Made by a program: the position numbers and the translations under genes
In this document: positions 27,249-39,300 of the stretch, piece after piece
How positions within the stretch are numbered: position 1 is the stretch's first letter
Layout of the letters: each line of letters starts with the position of its first letter
Notes under the pieces: generated by a model
What the model was told of the DNA's origin: nothing
What the model saw: the letters and a program-made list of their open reading frames with translations, nothing else
Databases searched by the model: none
From: Ministeria vibrans ATCC 50519
Taxonomy: Eukaryota > Protista > Filasterea
Direction: 5' to 3'
NCBI GenBank assembly: GCA_943704425.1
Contig: CALSCP010001478.1
Location: 3,004 to 67,003, forward strand
Length of the DNA: 64,000 nt

Positions 27249-28162
27249 TCAACGGTAGAGCACAAAGACACTAATGAAGACACCCTGATCGAGATTGAGG
27301 GTGGCATGATGCCAGTTGGACGGAAAGTAGATGACTGAGCCCTCCTCGACAACGCAGTCCATTGGTCTGAGGGGGGCCGCGAGGGACGGGAGCGTCCCGT
27401 TGACCCACGCGAGGGTGGTTGCGTCTGGGTCAAACGAGGGCCGCTCGTCGGGTGGATAAAGAAACCAGCGTTTGCGACCGTGAACAGATTCGCTGTAACC
27501 TGTAGGATTATAATTAGGGTGATAAGGTTCGTTAGGGTTGAAATTAGGGTGAGCGTTACACATGTCATTTGGGCTATGGTGTATACCTGCTCCGTGAATG
27601 TGAAAGGGAACCCCCGTGTTTCGACCGGCGAGCCCAAATGAAATGGCCGTTTCGGCACTCGTGGGAATGTATGGTGGAAAAGTGTACTCATCAAAAAGAG
27701 CCTATTTTCCCATGATAAAAAGGTGTTTTTCTTTTTTTTTTTTTTTTGGTTTGTTTGGTGGACGAATACCTTCCATTCTTCATGATCATTGTCACCAAAG
27801 AAGTATTGTGTCTCATTTCCGCGCACACTCAATTGTTGTTCCCCCATCATTTCGCCTAAGGAGTTGCTTTCAGTACTGACGAGACAGGTCGGGTGCGGTG
27901 CTTACGAATGTAGTGCGCCAACTCAACGGGCTTCTTCTCGTACGAGTATGAGTTGGCGGTGGACAACAACACAGAGCGATCGCCCCAGTCGGCGAGCAGG
28001 CGATGTCGCGTCGTGAGTGCACGGAAGCGGTTGACGTTGTCCGTGTCACGGCGCTCAATGATGACAGGACGCTTCTCCATGTATCTGTGTGAGGAACCAC
28101 GACTGTGTGAGTGTATGTCTGTGTATGTATGTGTGTATGTGCATGTGTCTTTGTGTGTATGC

Positions 28163-28215
<53 letters not shown>

Positions 28216-28468
28216 TTCTCTTTGTCTTTCTGTCTCTCTGTGTGTCTATGATTCGTCTCTGTGTGTACCGGTCGTGAAACTCCGTAAGCGGCATGTCGCT
28301 CGTGATGCGATCGACGGTGCACTCCTGCGTGGCGCCATACTCGTTGTCGGGGTACTTGATCCAATCGCGGAGTGTGTCAAATTCAGCGCTCTCTTGCGAC
28401 GCCGAGAAGGTGTTCGTGGCCGCACACAGTGCGAGCGAGACGCCCACAATATACAGTGTCGCGCGCAT
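27249..28468 (-). CDS. JMJD8: JmjC-domain 2-oxoglutarate oxygenase with signal peptide (JMJD8-like)
   Basis: Signal peptide MRATLYIVGVSLALCAA; CTVDR..EF..RY..RPVII; LSTANSYSYEK; NETQYFFGDND; SFGLAG..TGVPFHIHGAGYSESVHGRKRWFLYPP; IYFPSNWHHATLNL. Confidence 0.88.
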
Positions 28469-28591
28469 CAAACGACACCAGCAGCAAGTCCGCTTGACAA
28501 GAGCAGTACAACACTGATTATCAAATGACAAATCAAAATTATTACAATAATTACTCCTCGTATTCAATTTAGTTTCGATTCTTCATTTTCA

Positions 28592-28964
28592 ATGAATATT
28601 CGACTGTTTGGAGCACTGCTGCTTGGCATTGTACTGGGATATGGTGTACAGATGTATACCAGTGTCGCGATGGCGCCCGCGCCTTGTGTGCCGCAGAAGG
28701 TTGTCGTCGAAACAGTCGTTGAGAAAACGGTCAGTGTGCCCTCTGCGCCACCAACGAAGATCCCCACGGCCAGCGACCCGGTGACGTTCAGCGAGCGGGG
28801 CGACCACGACACACGGCGGCACATCTGCGTCATAGTGCGCACCATGCCGGCGCACACGGAGGGTCTGCTGCAGCAGTTCCTCTACAACATGGTCACGCAG
28901 GAGTACCGCCACTTCGACGTGTTTCTCATGGACACGTCCGTCTCAGGTACGCCCCGCTCCTAAG

Positions 28965-28998
<34 letters not shown>

Positions 28999-28999
28999 C

Positions 29000-29077
<78 letters not shown>

Positions 29078-29114
29078 CATGGACACGTCCGTCTCAGGTA
29101 CGCCCCGCTCCTAA

Positions 29115-29149
<35 letters not shown>

Positions 29150-29863
29150 AAAGCGTGCCTGCTCTCACGCGACTTGTCAACGACTAATGAGTGCACTGCA
29201 GACGTCCCCTTGGATGTGCGTCTCAAGGCCTTGCAGGAGATTGTGGACGCCGTCGATGACCCCAGAATACACGTCAGTACGTCGAGCCACAGCTCTTCTG
29301 ACCCCAGCAAGGTACCCCCTCCTCCGTGTGTGCCTGTTTATGCTCTCGTGACAAACAGAGGGAGATAGACAAAGAGACAGAGAGAACACAGTGCAGAGCG
29401 TGAGAGAGTGTAATCCCTCATATTAATGATATTCCCGGTTAGAACTATGCGTATTCTCCAACGGAACGCGAACGAGTTCGTCTTGTCTCGGCGACCAAGG
29501 ACCGTCCCGAGTACTGCCAGTATTTTATGTTCACCAATGGCGACAATGTCTACCACAAGTCGTTTTTCAAGTAAGAAAATTATAACGGCACTTTCATTAT
29601 TGTACTGTACTATGCATTGAAAAATTATCTGATTCGTTTCATTTCGTTTTTTTCTTCTCCTCTTTCTTATGGCAGCGTGTTTGCTGCGAAAATGCGATCT
29701 GACTATATGATTATTGCGTCGTCGTTTCTGCACCATGACGTCCAAGGAATTCGACCGATTCAGGCGATTCTGGAAGACGACCGGAGAATGGATGGAGCAG
29801 TACGAGAATGAGAAAGAGAGAAAGGAGGGGGAAAGAAACAAAGTGATTGAGAGAAAGGAGAAA

Positions 29864-29962
<99 letters not shown>

Positions 29963-30212
29963 AGTGAGACTGATTGGGGAGGGGGGGTATTTTGTTGTTA
30001 CGCAGATTGATCTTGGAGCAGCGCTAATCCGCAAGTCAGAAGTGGCGCGTTTGTCTCTTCTGGCAGTGGCCCAAGACGACGTCGGGGGCTACTGGAACAT
30101 TGACTACAAGTACTTTCGGCGCATAATTCACGACCTCATTCGGAGCAAGGGCTCTGCGGCTGCACAGCGCTTGCTCTACGTCCATCCGGTTCCCATGTAC
30201 TTCCACCAGTAG
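28592..30212 (+). CDS. Type II membrane GT-A fold (GT2-like) glycosyltransferase
   Basis: N-terminal TM/signal anchor and Pro/Thr stem; ICVIVRT..L..QEY..FDVFLMDT; YFMFTNGDNVY (DxD-like); IDLGAALIR; DYKYF; C-terminal MYFHQ. Confidence 0.65.
28925..29115 (+). repeat. Exact 40-bp direct duplication of an exon end and 5' splice site (28925-28964 and 29076-29115), each copy followed by (CA)n
   Basis: ctcatggacacgtccgtctcaggtacgccccgctcctaag appears twice, 151 bp apart. Confidence 0.9.
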
Positions 30213-30447
30213 GAACCCGTCTTTCAGTGTCCGCATTTTCCCTTGTCGAGTACTCTACGTCAACTTACACACACGAACCACATACAACATATAAAGAGAG
30301 ATTTATTTCTAAAACATTCATTATAATAATAATAATAATAATAATTAATGCTGTGGTGGGGAATGCGAAAACATGCCCTGAAAAAGTAAAACAAAGGGGA
30401 AAAAGTGTGTGTTCGTATGTGTGTGTCATTCATTTGTGAGTGGATGA

Positions 30448-32286
30448 TTAGCAACGCTGTGATGGAGTGGACGAGAGAGCAGAGGTGGCGCTATTTTCTT
30501 CGAGGGGTGGTGGTCCTTCGTCGCCAATCAGCGGGTCTGCGTCTGCATCGATGAGAACGGGCGTGGAAGGAGCAAGAGGTGTACTGTTGCCGTCGACGTC
30601 GGAGGATGATGGAGGAGGAGGAGGAGGAGGAGGAGGGGCAGAGATGAATTCAAGGGGCGACGGAGTAACCAGATTAGAGTTGGCGTGCGTTGGCGGAGCA
30701 GGGTCAATGCTGATGGTGGGGACGTCGGATGCGTCATATTGACTATATGAAGGAATGTGTGTTGTGAGTGGGATTCATGTGTGAGTGTGTGTGCGAGTTA
30801 CTCCATGGATTGCTTGCGGGTGGAGACAACTTCAAAGGAAACGTTGGACACGCTGGAGACGCCGCTCTCGGGGCGGGGGGCAGAGCGGTCAAGCTGACGA
30901 GTTACGACAGTCGCGATCGGAGGGGGATGCGCCACAGTAGCCAAGGTGGTGGACTGCAATAAGGATGACAGTGCGTGAATAAGTAGAGTAAAGAGTCAGC
31001 GAGAGTATTGTTTGTGTGTCTGTGTGTGTATCACTCTTTCTCCCTCTCTGAGTAAGCTGAGTCTTACAGTTCTTCCGGGCGGAGCACTGTTGCGCTTGTC
31101 AAGCACTTTATGTACTTCCAGAGTGGACGAATCGTCACTCGGCGTTGGAGAGTTGGCCATCTGAGACAGACGGAGAGAGTCGCATTAAAAGTATAATTCA
31201 TACAGCTCAATAACAAATTCGAACCTTTTTTATCTTCAACAGTTCTTCTGCGCTTGAACCAGAAGAAGCAAACAGAAGCTGGACATTACTGAAAAAAAAA
31301 CATGCGAGTTAAAACACATAGGGAGAGACTCGACACGCAGATAGAGAAAAGAGAATACAGTGTCCAAGTGGTTTGTGTGCGCATACCGAACGGACGGCCC
31401 CGCTTCGTCCATGTCTGAGCGAGAACGTCTGCGCACGGGCGGGCCTGTCAAAGGAAACCGCGCAAGACTCTCCTTGGGACCCTGCTGGCCACCCTATTAA
31501 AAAAGACGTTATGAATTGACACGCATAAGACTCAATAAGGTTTGAGAAGTATCGCGATACGTTGAGCTGCTTATCAATGGCCATCTGGGTCTCCACAGGT
31601 AGGACACTTGGTGCAAAAGCAAGCTCCTGGGCATTGCGCAGGCTCTGGTCCAGCGAGGCACTCGCCGCATACGCTCGTAGTTCCTGTCGCACAATCGGCG
31701 CGTACCGCACTGTCAACTCGCAGTACCGCCGTCGCTGCTCCACGAGCAGCTCTTCAAGCGTCTCTCGTTGCTGTACCATCAGCTCCTGTGACTTTTCCGC
31801 CGCTTTCGCCATGGCTTTTTGCACTTTTGTGTCGACTTTGTTGCTGCGCGTCGTCTTATTGTGGCGTCGACTGTCAAGTGGGGCGCAAAAGTTCAGATTT
31901 TGATGTTTCTCGCTCTTTGGCGTCCACTTACAGAGTCTGTTTTCCGAGCGTACTCAGTTCGTTGCGCTGCTGTTTCGTCACCTTTTCGTATTTCTTGATC
32001 AGTTTGTCCGTCTGCTTTCGATTCTGCACATCCAGTTTCTACGATGCAATAGAACACAAAGAGTCATTTCCACCGCATCTCCGCCGCCTTCGTCCCTTCA
32101 GGCACATGTATACCTTGATTGGTTCTAAAAATGCCTGCAGATGGTCGCATACTTGGCTGTACTCTTGCTGGACAAGAACCTACCACAAGATGAAAAAAAC
32201 ATGCAGAAACGCACTAATAAGAGAAACGCTCGCTCTCTCTCTCTCTCTATTTCTTTGTATCTTTCTCCCTCCTTTCTCTTTCTCCC

Positions 32287-32370
<84 letters not shown>

Positions 32371-33103
32371 ACAGTACAAACCGCATCTCCTCCTACCTGG
32401 TGCGAAATCAGATTGCTCAGTGCTCCGCCGAGTGTGCTTGTTGCTCCAAGGGCACCAATGGCAGACTGCGCAAAGGCCAATAATTGACGAAAGAGGGTCG
32501 TGTCAACACAAACAACAACAACAGAAAGGAAAGAGGCGCAGGCGTAGGCCAAGGCGCACACACTCACCTCTGTACACACTTTCAGTGACTGCAGAAACAC
32601 CATCGCGGACGCACACGACGCCTTGACGTTTGCCTAAAAATCCAATTGTGGTAAATACTTAATCGTCATCTTGACAAGCGCAAAAAACATAAGTACAAAC
32701 CGCCACAAACACACACACACACACGCTCTCTCTCTCTCGCTCCCTCGGTAATAGCCATGTCACGCTACGCCAGACGCCGTCTCACCGCATGCTTCGTGGC
32801 CGCCTTCACCATCGCCTCCCACTCCAACACTCCTAAACGTGTCTTGTCGTTAGTTCAATCGTCCTATTTCTCGCAAGTCCTTTGCAACAAACACCATCGC
32901 CCCCGTCCCATCGGCCCACGTTCGCCCCTACCTCCTTTCATTCCCGCCAGAGTGTGCTTGCACAGCTCCTCAAGATCGTCGATTTCTACACAATGTAACA
33001 AGCGAAGAGTGACGTCACGATCGATCGGAACAAAAGCGCAGTCGTTACGGTCCATCTGAGCACTGAACTCATCTGGCATGATGTCTGCAAACTGGCTCGT
33101 CAT
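30448..33103 (-). CDS. I-BAR (IRSp53/MIM homology domain) protein with Pro-rich tail, many small exons
   Basis: Spliced protein: LCKHTLAGMKGGVLEWEAMVKAATK...FLQSL...LGGALSNL...DKLIKKYEK...LEELLVEQRRRYCELTVRYAPIVRQE...APSVLP. This parallels MIM (WEDFI.KA.K; ALIEERGRFC.F...RPV; P.KLP). Confidence 0.75.
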
Positions 33104-33252
33104 TGCCTGAGCACACGAAAGCGAACGAGAAAACAATTATATTGCTGGTCGTATTTAACAGTTACTTTGATAAGAAAATATTTTACTCAACGATATGAAA
33201 AATAATTAATAATAATAATAATAATCATAATAATAATAATAAATTTTATTGT

Positions 33253-36200
33253 CTACAATTCGGAAGAGTTCTCAATGGCAAAGACGCGCGTCTCGCCGTC
33301 GGCAAAGATACAGGCAAGGCGAGTCTGTGAGGGGAACACCTGGAGGGTGCGACAGCGACGCTCGGTTGCGTACACGTCTAGCTGCACACCCGTCTGGTCG
33401 TCCCACACGCGTAGTGTGCCATCGCGACTGCCCGAGACCAGATTGACATTGCCCAGACCCGTAATGTAGTAGGCAATGGCGTCGACCGAGTCATGGTGGC
33501 CCGTAAGCAGGTGCACAATGACGCCTTGCTCGGCATTCCACACGACCACGTTGTGATCGCTGCCCGTACTCGCAATGCGCACCTGTGACGCACCCATATA
33601 CGTGCACAACGACATCACAAAGCTCAAGTGGCCCGTCAACGTATGGTAGCACTCGCCCGTCTGCTCCGACCACACGCGCACCGTGCGGTCGTCGCTGCCC
33701 GACACCAAGCGTACATCACCCTTGCTCGTCGTGTAGTGCGACACCGCATTGACCACGTCCGTGTGGCCATTCAGCACGCCAACAGGTGAGCCCGTTGTGA
33801 CGTTCCACGTCCGCACCGTGTGGTCCCAGCCGCCGCTAACAACGCGTCGCTCACCCGACGCCAAACGATACGCACTCACGCTGTTCACCCACTTGCTGTG
33901 GCCCTTGAGCTCGCACTCCACCTGTCCATTGTGCAGCTTCCAAATCTTGAGCGTCTTGTCCTGCAGCGCCATCACCACGCGCCACTGCAGCAGTCGGTTC
34001 TGGAACACGTCGAGGGCGCGCGCCCGACACTGGTCGCTGCCGTCGCCCCCTTCGTAGCGCCCAATCACCCGCGGCACGTCACCCACCGTCCGTACCACCA
34101 CATCCTTGTTGCCCTCCATCGACTGGTGCACCATCACATCCTCACCCTTCACCTCCATCACGACCAACGCACGCGCAGACTGCGCCACGTCGCCTCGCAA
34201 CGACGGTAGCGAAAAACCAGTCGTCGGATTGAACAGACGCAACAGTCGATCGCCGCACGCAACCACCACTCGTGGCTCGCCGTCCATCTCAAACGTCCGC
34301 ATCGCCTGCACCTGCGGCGTCGGCACCTCCCGCACCAGCGAACCCGTTGCCTCCGACATGGTGCGTACCACATCGTCTCCATTGGCACCCATCAGCAACA
34401 GACGCATTCCTCGCTCGTCGACACACGACGCCACGCACACCACGGGGCCCTTGCGTCCCGCCTGAAGCACCGTCTTCTCCGTGCCCTCTTTCACGTTCCA
34501 CACGCGCACTGTACGGTCCGCACTACCACTCGCCACGCACCAGGGTCCATCGGAACTCCCGTCCCTGTACGCACACAGTGTCCACACCATGTGCTGGTGG
34601 CCCTCGAGCACATGTAGTGCCGCGCCGCCACGAACGGTGTCCCACAGTCGCACCGTCCAGTCGAGACCCGCCGACGCAAGGATGGTCGGTACCGACGATG
34701 TTGCCGACGGACAGACACACACGGCGTACACCGTGCCTTCGTGTCCCTCGAGTGCGTGCACCAACGAACGACGACCCACATTCCACACGCGCACCACCGC
34801 ATCGCTGCAAGCCGTGCCCGCAAAGTCGCCGCCCACTTGCCACACGGCAATGCCGTGAACCTTTCCTTCGTGTCCCTCAAAGCGGTGCATCACCTCGTTC
34901 GTCTGCACACTCCACAGGTTGAGTTGGCGATCATCGCCGCCCGACAACACGCGCAATACTCCGTTCAACGTCACAGCAGCAATCGATAGCACTCGTCCAG
35001 AGTGACCTTGCAACGACGCCTCAATCTCGCCACTGTCAGCCGACCACACTTTGACGGTGCCGTCGGTCGAGCCACTGAACACACGCCAGTCTCCCGACTG
35101 CGTCTGCGCCACGTCAACCGCCAAAATGCCATTGGCGTGGCCCTGAAGAATGAGCACATCGGCGCCAATCTGCTCGGGTGCCTGCGGCTGACACGCTGTG
35201 ATGCTCAACTGACGATGACGCAGAATGTCGGCCGTGGCCACCACATGTTCCATAAGCGGCACCCACGCAAGATCTGCCGCGCGCCCACGCCCAGCATTGC
35301 CGCCGAGCGCCTCCAGTTCACCAGCGAGTCGTCGCCACAGTTGCTCACTGATCTGACGAGTGTCCATGTGAATGGCACTCGTCGAGCGCAGAATGGCGTG
35401 CTTGAGGACCGCTGCCGCCGCGCGCATGTCGCTGCGTTGCAACGGCTGAATCACCGCCTGCTTGTTCGTGCGCTTGAGAAACACCGAACCTTTGCGACGG
35501 AAGACGGGCGCGGGAGCCACGGCGGCGCCAGAGCCCGCCACCACATCACGGTCGCCCGGCACAAAGGCAAGCTCCGCAGTAAGAGCAACACCGGCAGCAC
35601 TCGCCGACGTAGAGGACACCTCACTAATGTTGCTGTCAAAACTGGCGCCACGACCGTAACCACGCTCATCGTCTTGCTGTGCTTGTTGCTCCTGTTCGTA
35701 GTAAAGTCGCTCCGCTTCGTCCTCCGCAATGTCATCGCCCCCCTTGTGCGACGAGCTCCATGGACGCGACACGTGCATAAGCGAGGGTGCTCGTTTGGCA
35801 AGCAGTGATAAACGCGACGTCACACGACCCGTCGCCACAAGCTTCTTGGCCGTTGCCAGCAAACCCTCGTCGTTGCCCGCCTCGTCGCCGCCGTCACCAC
35901 CGACCGCATCGGCATTCTCAACGGCCGCCTCGTCGGCCTTTTTTTGCTCGATGCGAAGACGCTCCTGCTTGCGCTCCTCATCCTCAAAGGGCGACACAAT
36001 CTGATCGGTGCGCATGGCCCAAGCCATGCCCATCGCGTGGCGTTTCCGTCGCATCTCCGTCTGACGTCGCTTCAGATCTCGAGTTCCCGCCGGTCCCGTG
36101 CTACTTCCCGACGAGGACGTCCGACTCACCGACTGGTGCCGCGAGGCGTACTCGTCGTCCGACTTGTCCGAGCCCGCAAAGCTTGGCTGGTGCGCGGGCG

Positions 36201-36310
36201 GAGTTCGCTCAGACGGATTGCTGCCGGGAGGCAACGAGGTAGGAGGAGCGGGTGGCAACGAGGCAGGCGGAGAGCTGCTGCCACCGACAGTCGAGGGGCG
36301 TTTCCGAAGA

Positions 36311-36341
<31 letters not shown>

Positions 36342-39300
36342 AAGCAGAGGCTGCAGGCGGTGGCTTAGACGGGGATCGACGAGGCTTGCTTGCGGACCGC
36401 GCTACCTTGATGTTGCTACCACCTCCTTTGCCACCGGTGAGAACGGCGGCTGCCGCAGCACCCGAAGCTGCTTCGGCGGACGCCTTGAGTGCCTCACGTT
36501 CCGACTCGGCCTTGCTGACGTCGTTTTGGTCGCTGTCGCCGATCTGAATCGCATTGAGAATGACATAGTCGCAGTCCTCGAGCGCGTCCTGCACACCCGT
36601 ATTCACGCGCTCCTGCAGCCACGACGCATCAAAGAGGGTTTTCTCGACAACATCGGCGCGTGCACCACGCACTGCATGACGCACCAAGTTGGCCAGGTAG
36701 TGCTGACGCGCGTTGGCGGTCAGGTGAGAAAGCACACCTGCATACGACGGACACAATTCGCTCTGCGACACACCCACAAACGCCTCGACAAGCTGCTGCT
36801 GCAGCGTAACTAGAGAGTCTTGCAGCGCGGCCAGGGCAGGGTCGGTCGCGGAGACGAGCGAGAGGCTGAGACGTCGACTGGAGCTCGCTGCCTTGGTACA
36901 CGAGTCGACGAGGAACTGCCGGATAGCCTCGTCCATGTAAAGGTAAACGGTACCCGCAGTACGACCGGTGAAGCAGCGACTACTGTGAACAAGTTGACGA
37001 CTGAGCAGCATGGCGCGCGCCGATTCGACGCCGTCGCTTGTCTCGTCATGCTTATGGATCCACAGCATGTCGACAACATCCGATGGCAGACGCTTCTCCT
37101 CTTCAAGCACCAACAGGTCACGGAAGAGACTGAGCACACGCCCTTGCAAGGACTCCTCCGATGCCTTGATCATGGCACGCGACACTTCCTCGGCGTATAC
37201 ACAACGGGCCTTGTCGTCGGCAAACGAGCGGGGGCGACGTGGCAACGCGTTGAGGAGGTACGTCGAGAGGCGGCTCTTGTCGGGGAGCATGGCACCGGCA
37301 ATGGCCACGAGTGCCCCGTGGCACTCGACGCGTCGTACCACCTCCAGAGCGTCCGCATCGGCGCCCGTTCGTACCTCTTCGCGCCATTCGGCCGGCTCGC
37401 ATGTCTCCGGCAGGTTTTTGGCAAAGATGGCGAGCGCTTGGGATTCGGCAAAGGCCGGCACACGGTGCTCGGCAAACTGCTTGTCGGTGGCACGGAACAC
37501 CGCATGGGCGACGGTGTCGCGCACCGTCACGAGCATCAGCGATTGGCTGCTCACAATGTCCATCGCCACGAGTACGTCGCGTTCCCAGACACCGTCAAGC
37601 ACAAGAAGACAGCGACGGTCCTCAAAGTGCAGTCGGAGCAGCTCGGCGCGGTCCTCAATGGTATCCGTGAGGAACGACACGCCCACAATGTCCGCAAGCT
37701 CCTGCTGCACCGAGTGTGCCGAGACCCCTTTGCCAACGTCAATCCAAATAACACCGTCAGGAAACACGTCGCGTATGCCTCGGTTGCGCACAGCGGCCAG
37801 AGTCAGCGTCGTCTTGCCCGAGCCAGCGGGGCCCACGACAGAGACGCCCGAGACGGCGAGTTTGCGCAGACGCACTGCCAGTCGCTGCACTTCCGTCTCA
37901 GCATCGGGATCATTGTAGGAAAACGAAAAGTCACTGGTGTACAGCGATTCAACCTTCGCATCACTCTTCGACTGGCCCTTCGCCTTGCTCTTCTTGGCAT
38001 TCTTCTTAGTCTCCTTCTTGGCATTCTTTGTCTTCTTCGTCTTTTTCTTGTCCATGACCTTGGTACTGCCCTGGTCTCCCTCCCCGTCTTTCTCATCCTC
38101 ATCCTCATCATCATCCTCCGCATCATCGTTGTCCTCCTCTTCCTCATCATTGACATTGCTGCTCTCATCAATGGCATTGAGACGCGACGCAAACGAGTCA
38201 GGCTTGAGCGATTTTGACATTTTGCGCCCCACAGCCATGCCACTGAGGCCAGTCTGGCGACCGCGCCGGGCCTGTGCAAAAAGTGCGATGGAGTTGTACA
38301 GCTGTGTGACGGCTTCATCGTGCGGAACGTACGCCAGAGGGAGACCGGGAATGATCCCGTACAGAGCAAAGGTCGACATGCCCTGCAGCGACTCGCGGCT
38401 CTGGATGCTGCCACGCCGTTCGCCAAGAGCCATTTCACGGATGCACGCCGCATGAGCCTCCTGGAGGTCCTGCTGAAGCACTCCCAGCTGTCTATCAAGC
38501 AATCCCACAATATGGCTGTAGAGTGACTCTTTGGCGAGCATGACACGAAGTGAGTGTCGACTGAGAGCCATGACACGCGCGGTGGTGCGTGCAATCTCGG
38601 GTGACAGGGTCTGCACCGCGAGGACCAAGTCGTTGACGGCGTCGCCTGCTTGCTCACGACACAGCGTCAGTGCGGCTTGGAGACCATTGCGTATGGCACG
38701 TACACGATCAATCTCAAAGGCAGCTGCCGTGTGAATGGTGCTGGGCACTTCACCCATCTTCTCGCACTCGGCCAGCACATCGAGCGTGAAGTCGACGAGA
38801 CGGACGCCCTGCAAGGTCAACTCAAGCGGGCTGTTGACATCCACAACCAGCTGACGCGCCTCGTTGGGAGAGTGTGTAGCACCAGCGGTAGTACTCGGAG
38901 CGGCTGGGGAGCTGGGATTGGAGGTGGGACTGCTGACAAGGTTGGTGGTGTTGGACGGGGGAGGCACAAGACCACCGGCGAAACTGTTCAAGGACGAGGG
39001 TGTTATGTTGGATTCAAACGGCGCCAGACGACGGCTGCCAAGAGGTGAGAGGACGTTGAACGACGACGATGGCAACGTGAGAGTTTTGGACTGTTTGTTG
39101 GCGCCGGGAGCGACGGTCATGGACCCTGGTGTGCCCATGGTGGTAGTTTGGCTGCCGAGGGCGGCGTTGTCTGCGTCGACGTACACGTTGGGCACCAAGG
39201 AGCACTTTTGGCGCAAGAAATACACCCATCGGTCGCGTGTCCACACAACGCGATTGCCTGCCAGCACGTCGTTGGCGACGAGAGGCGCACGGCCCTTTTT

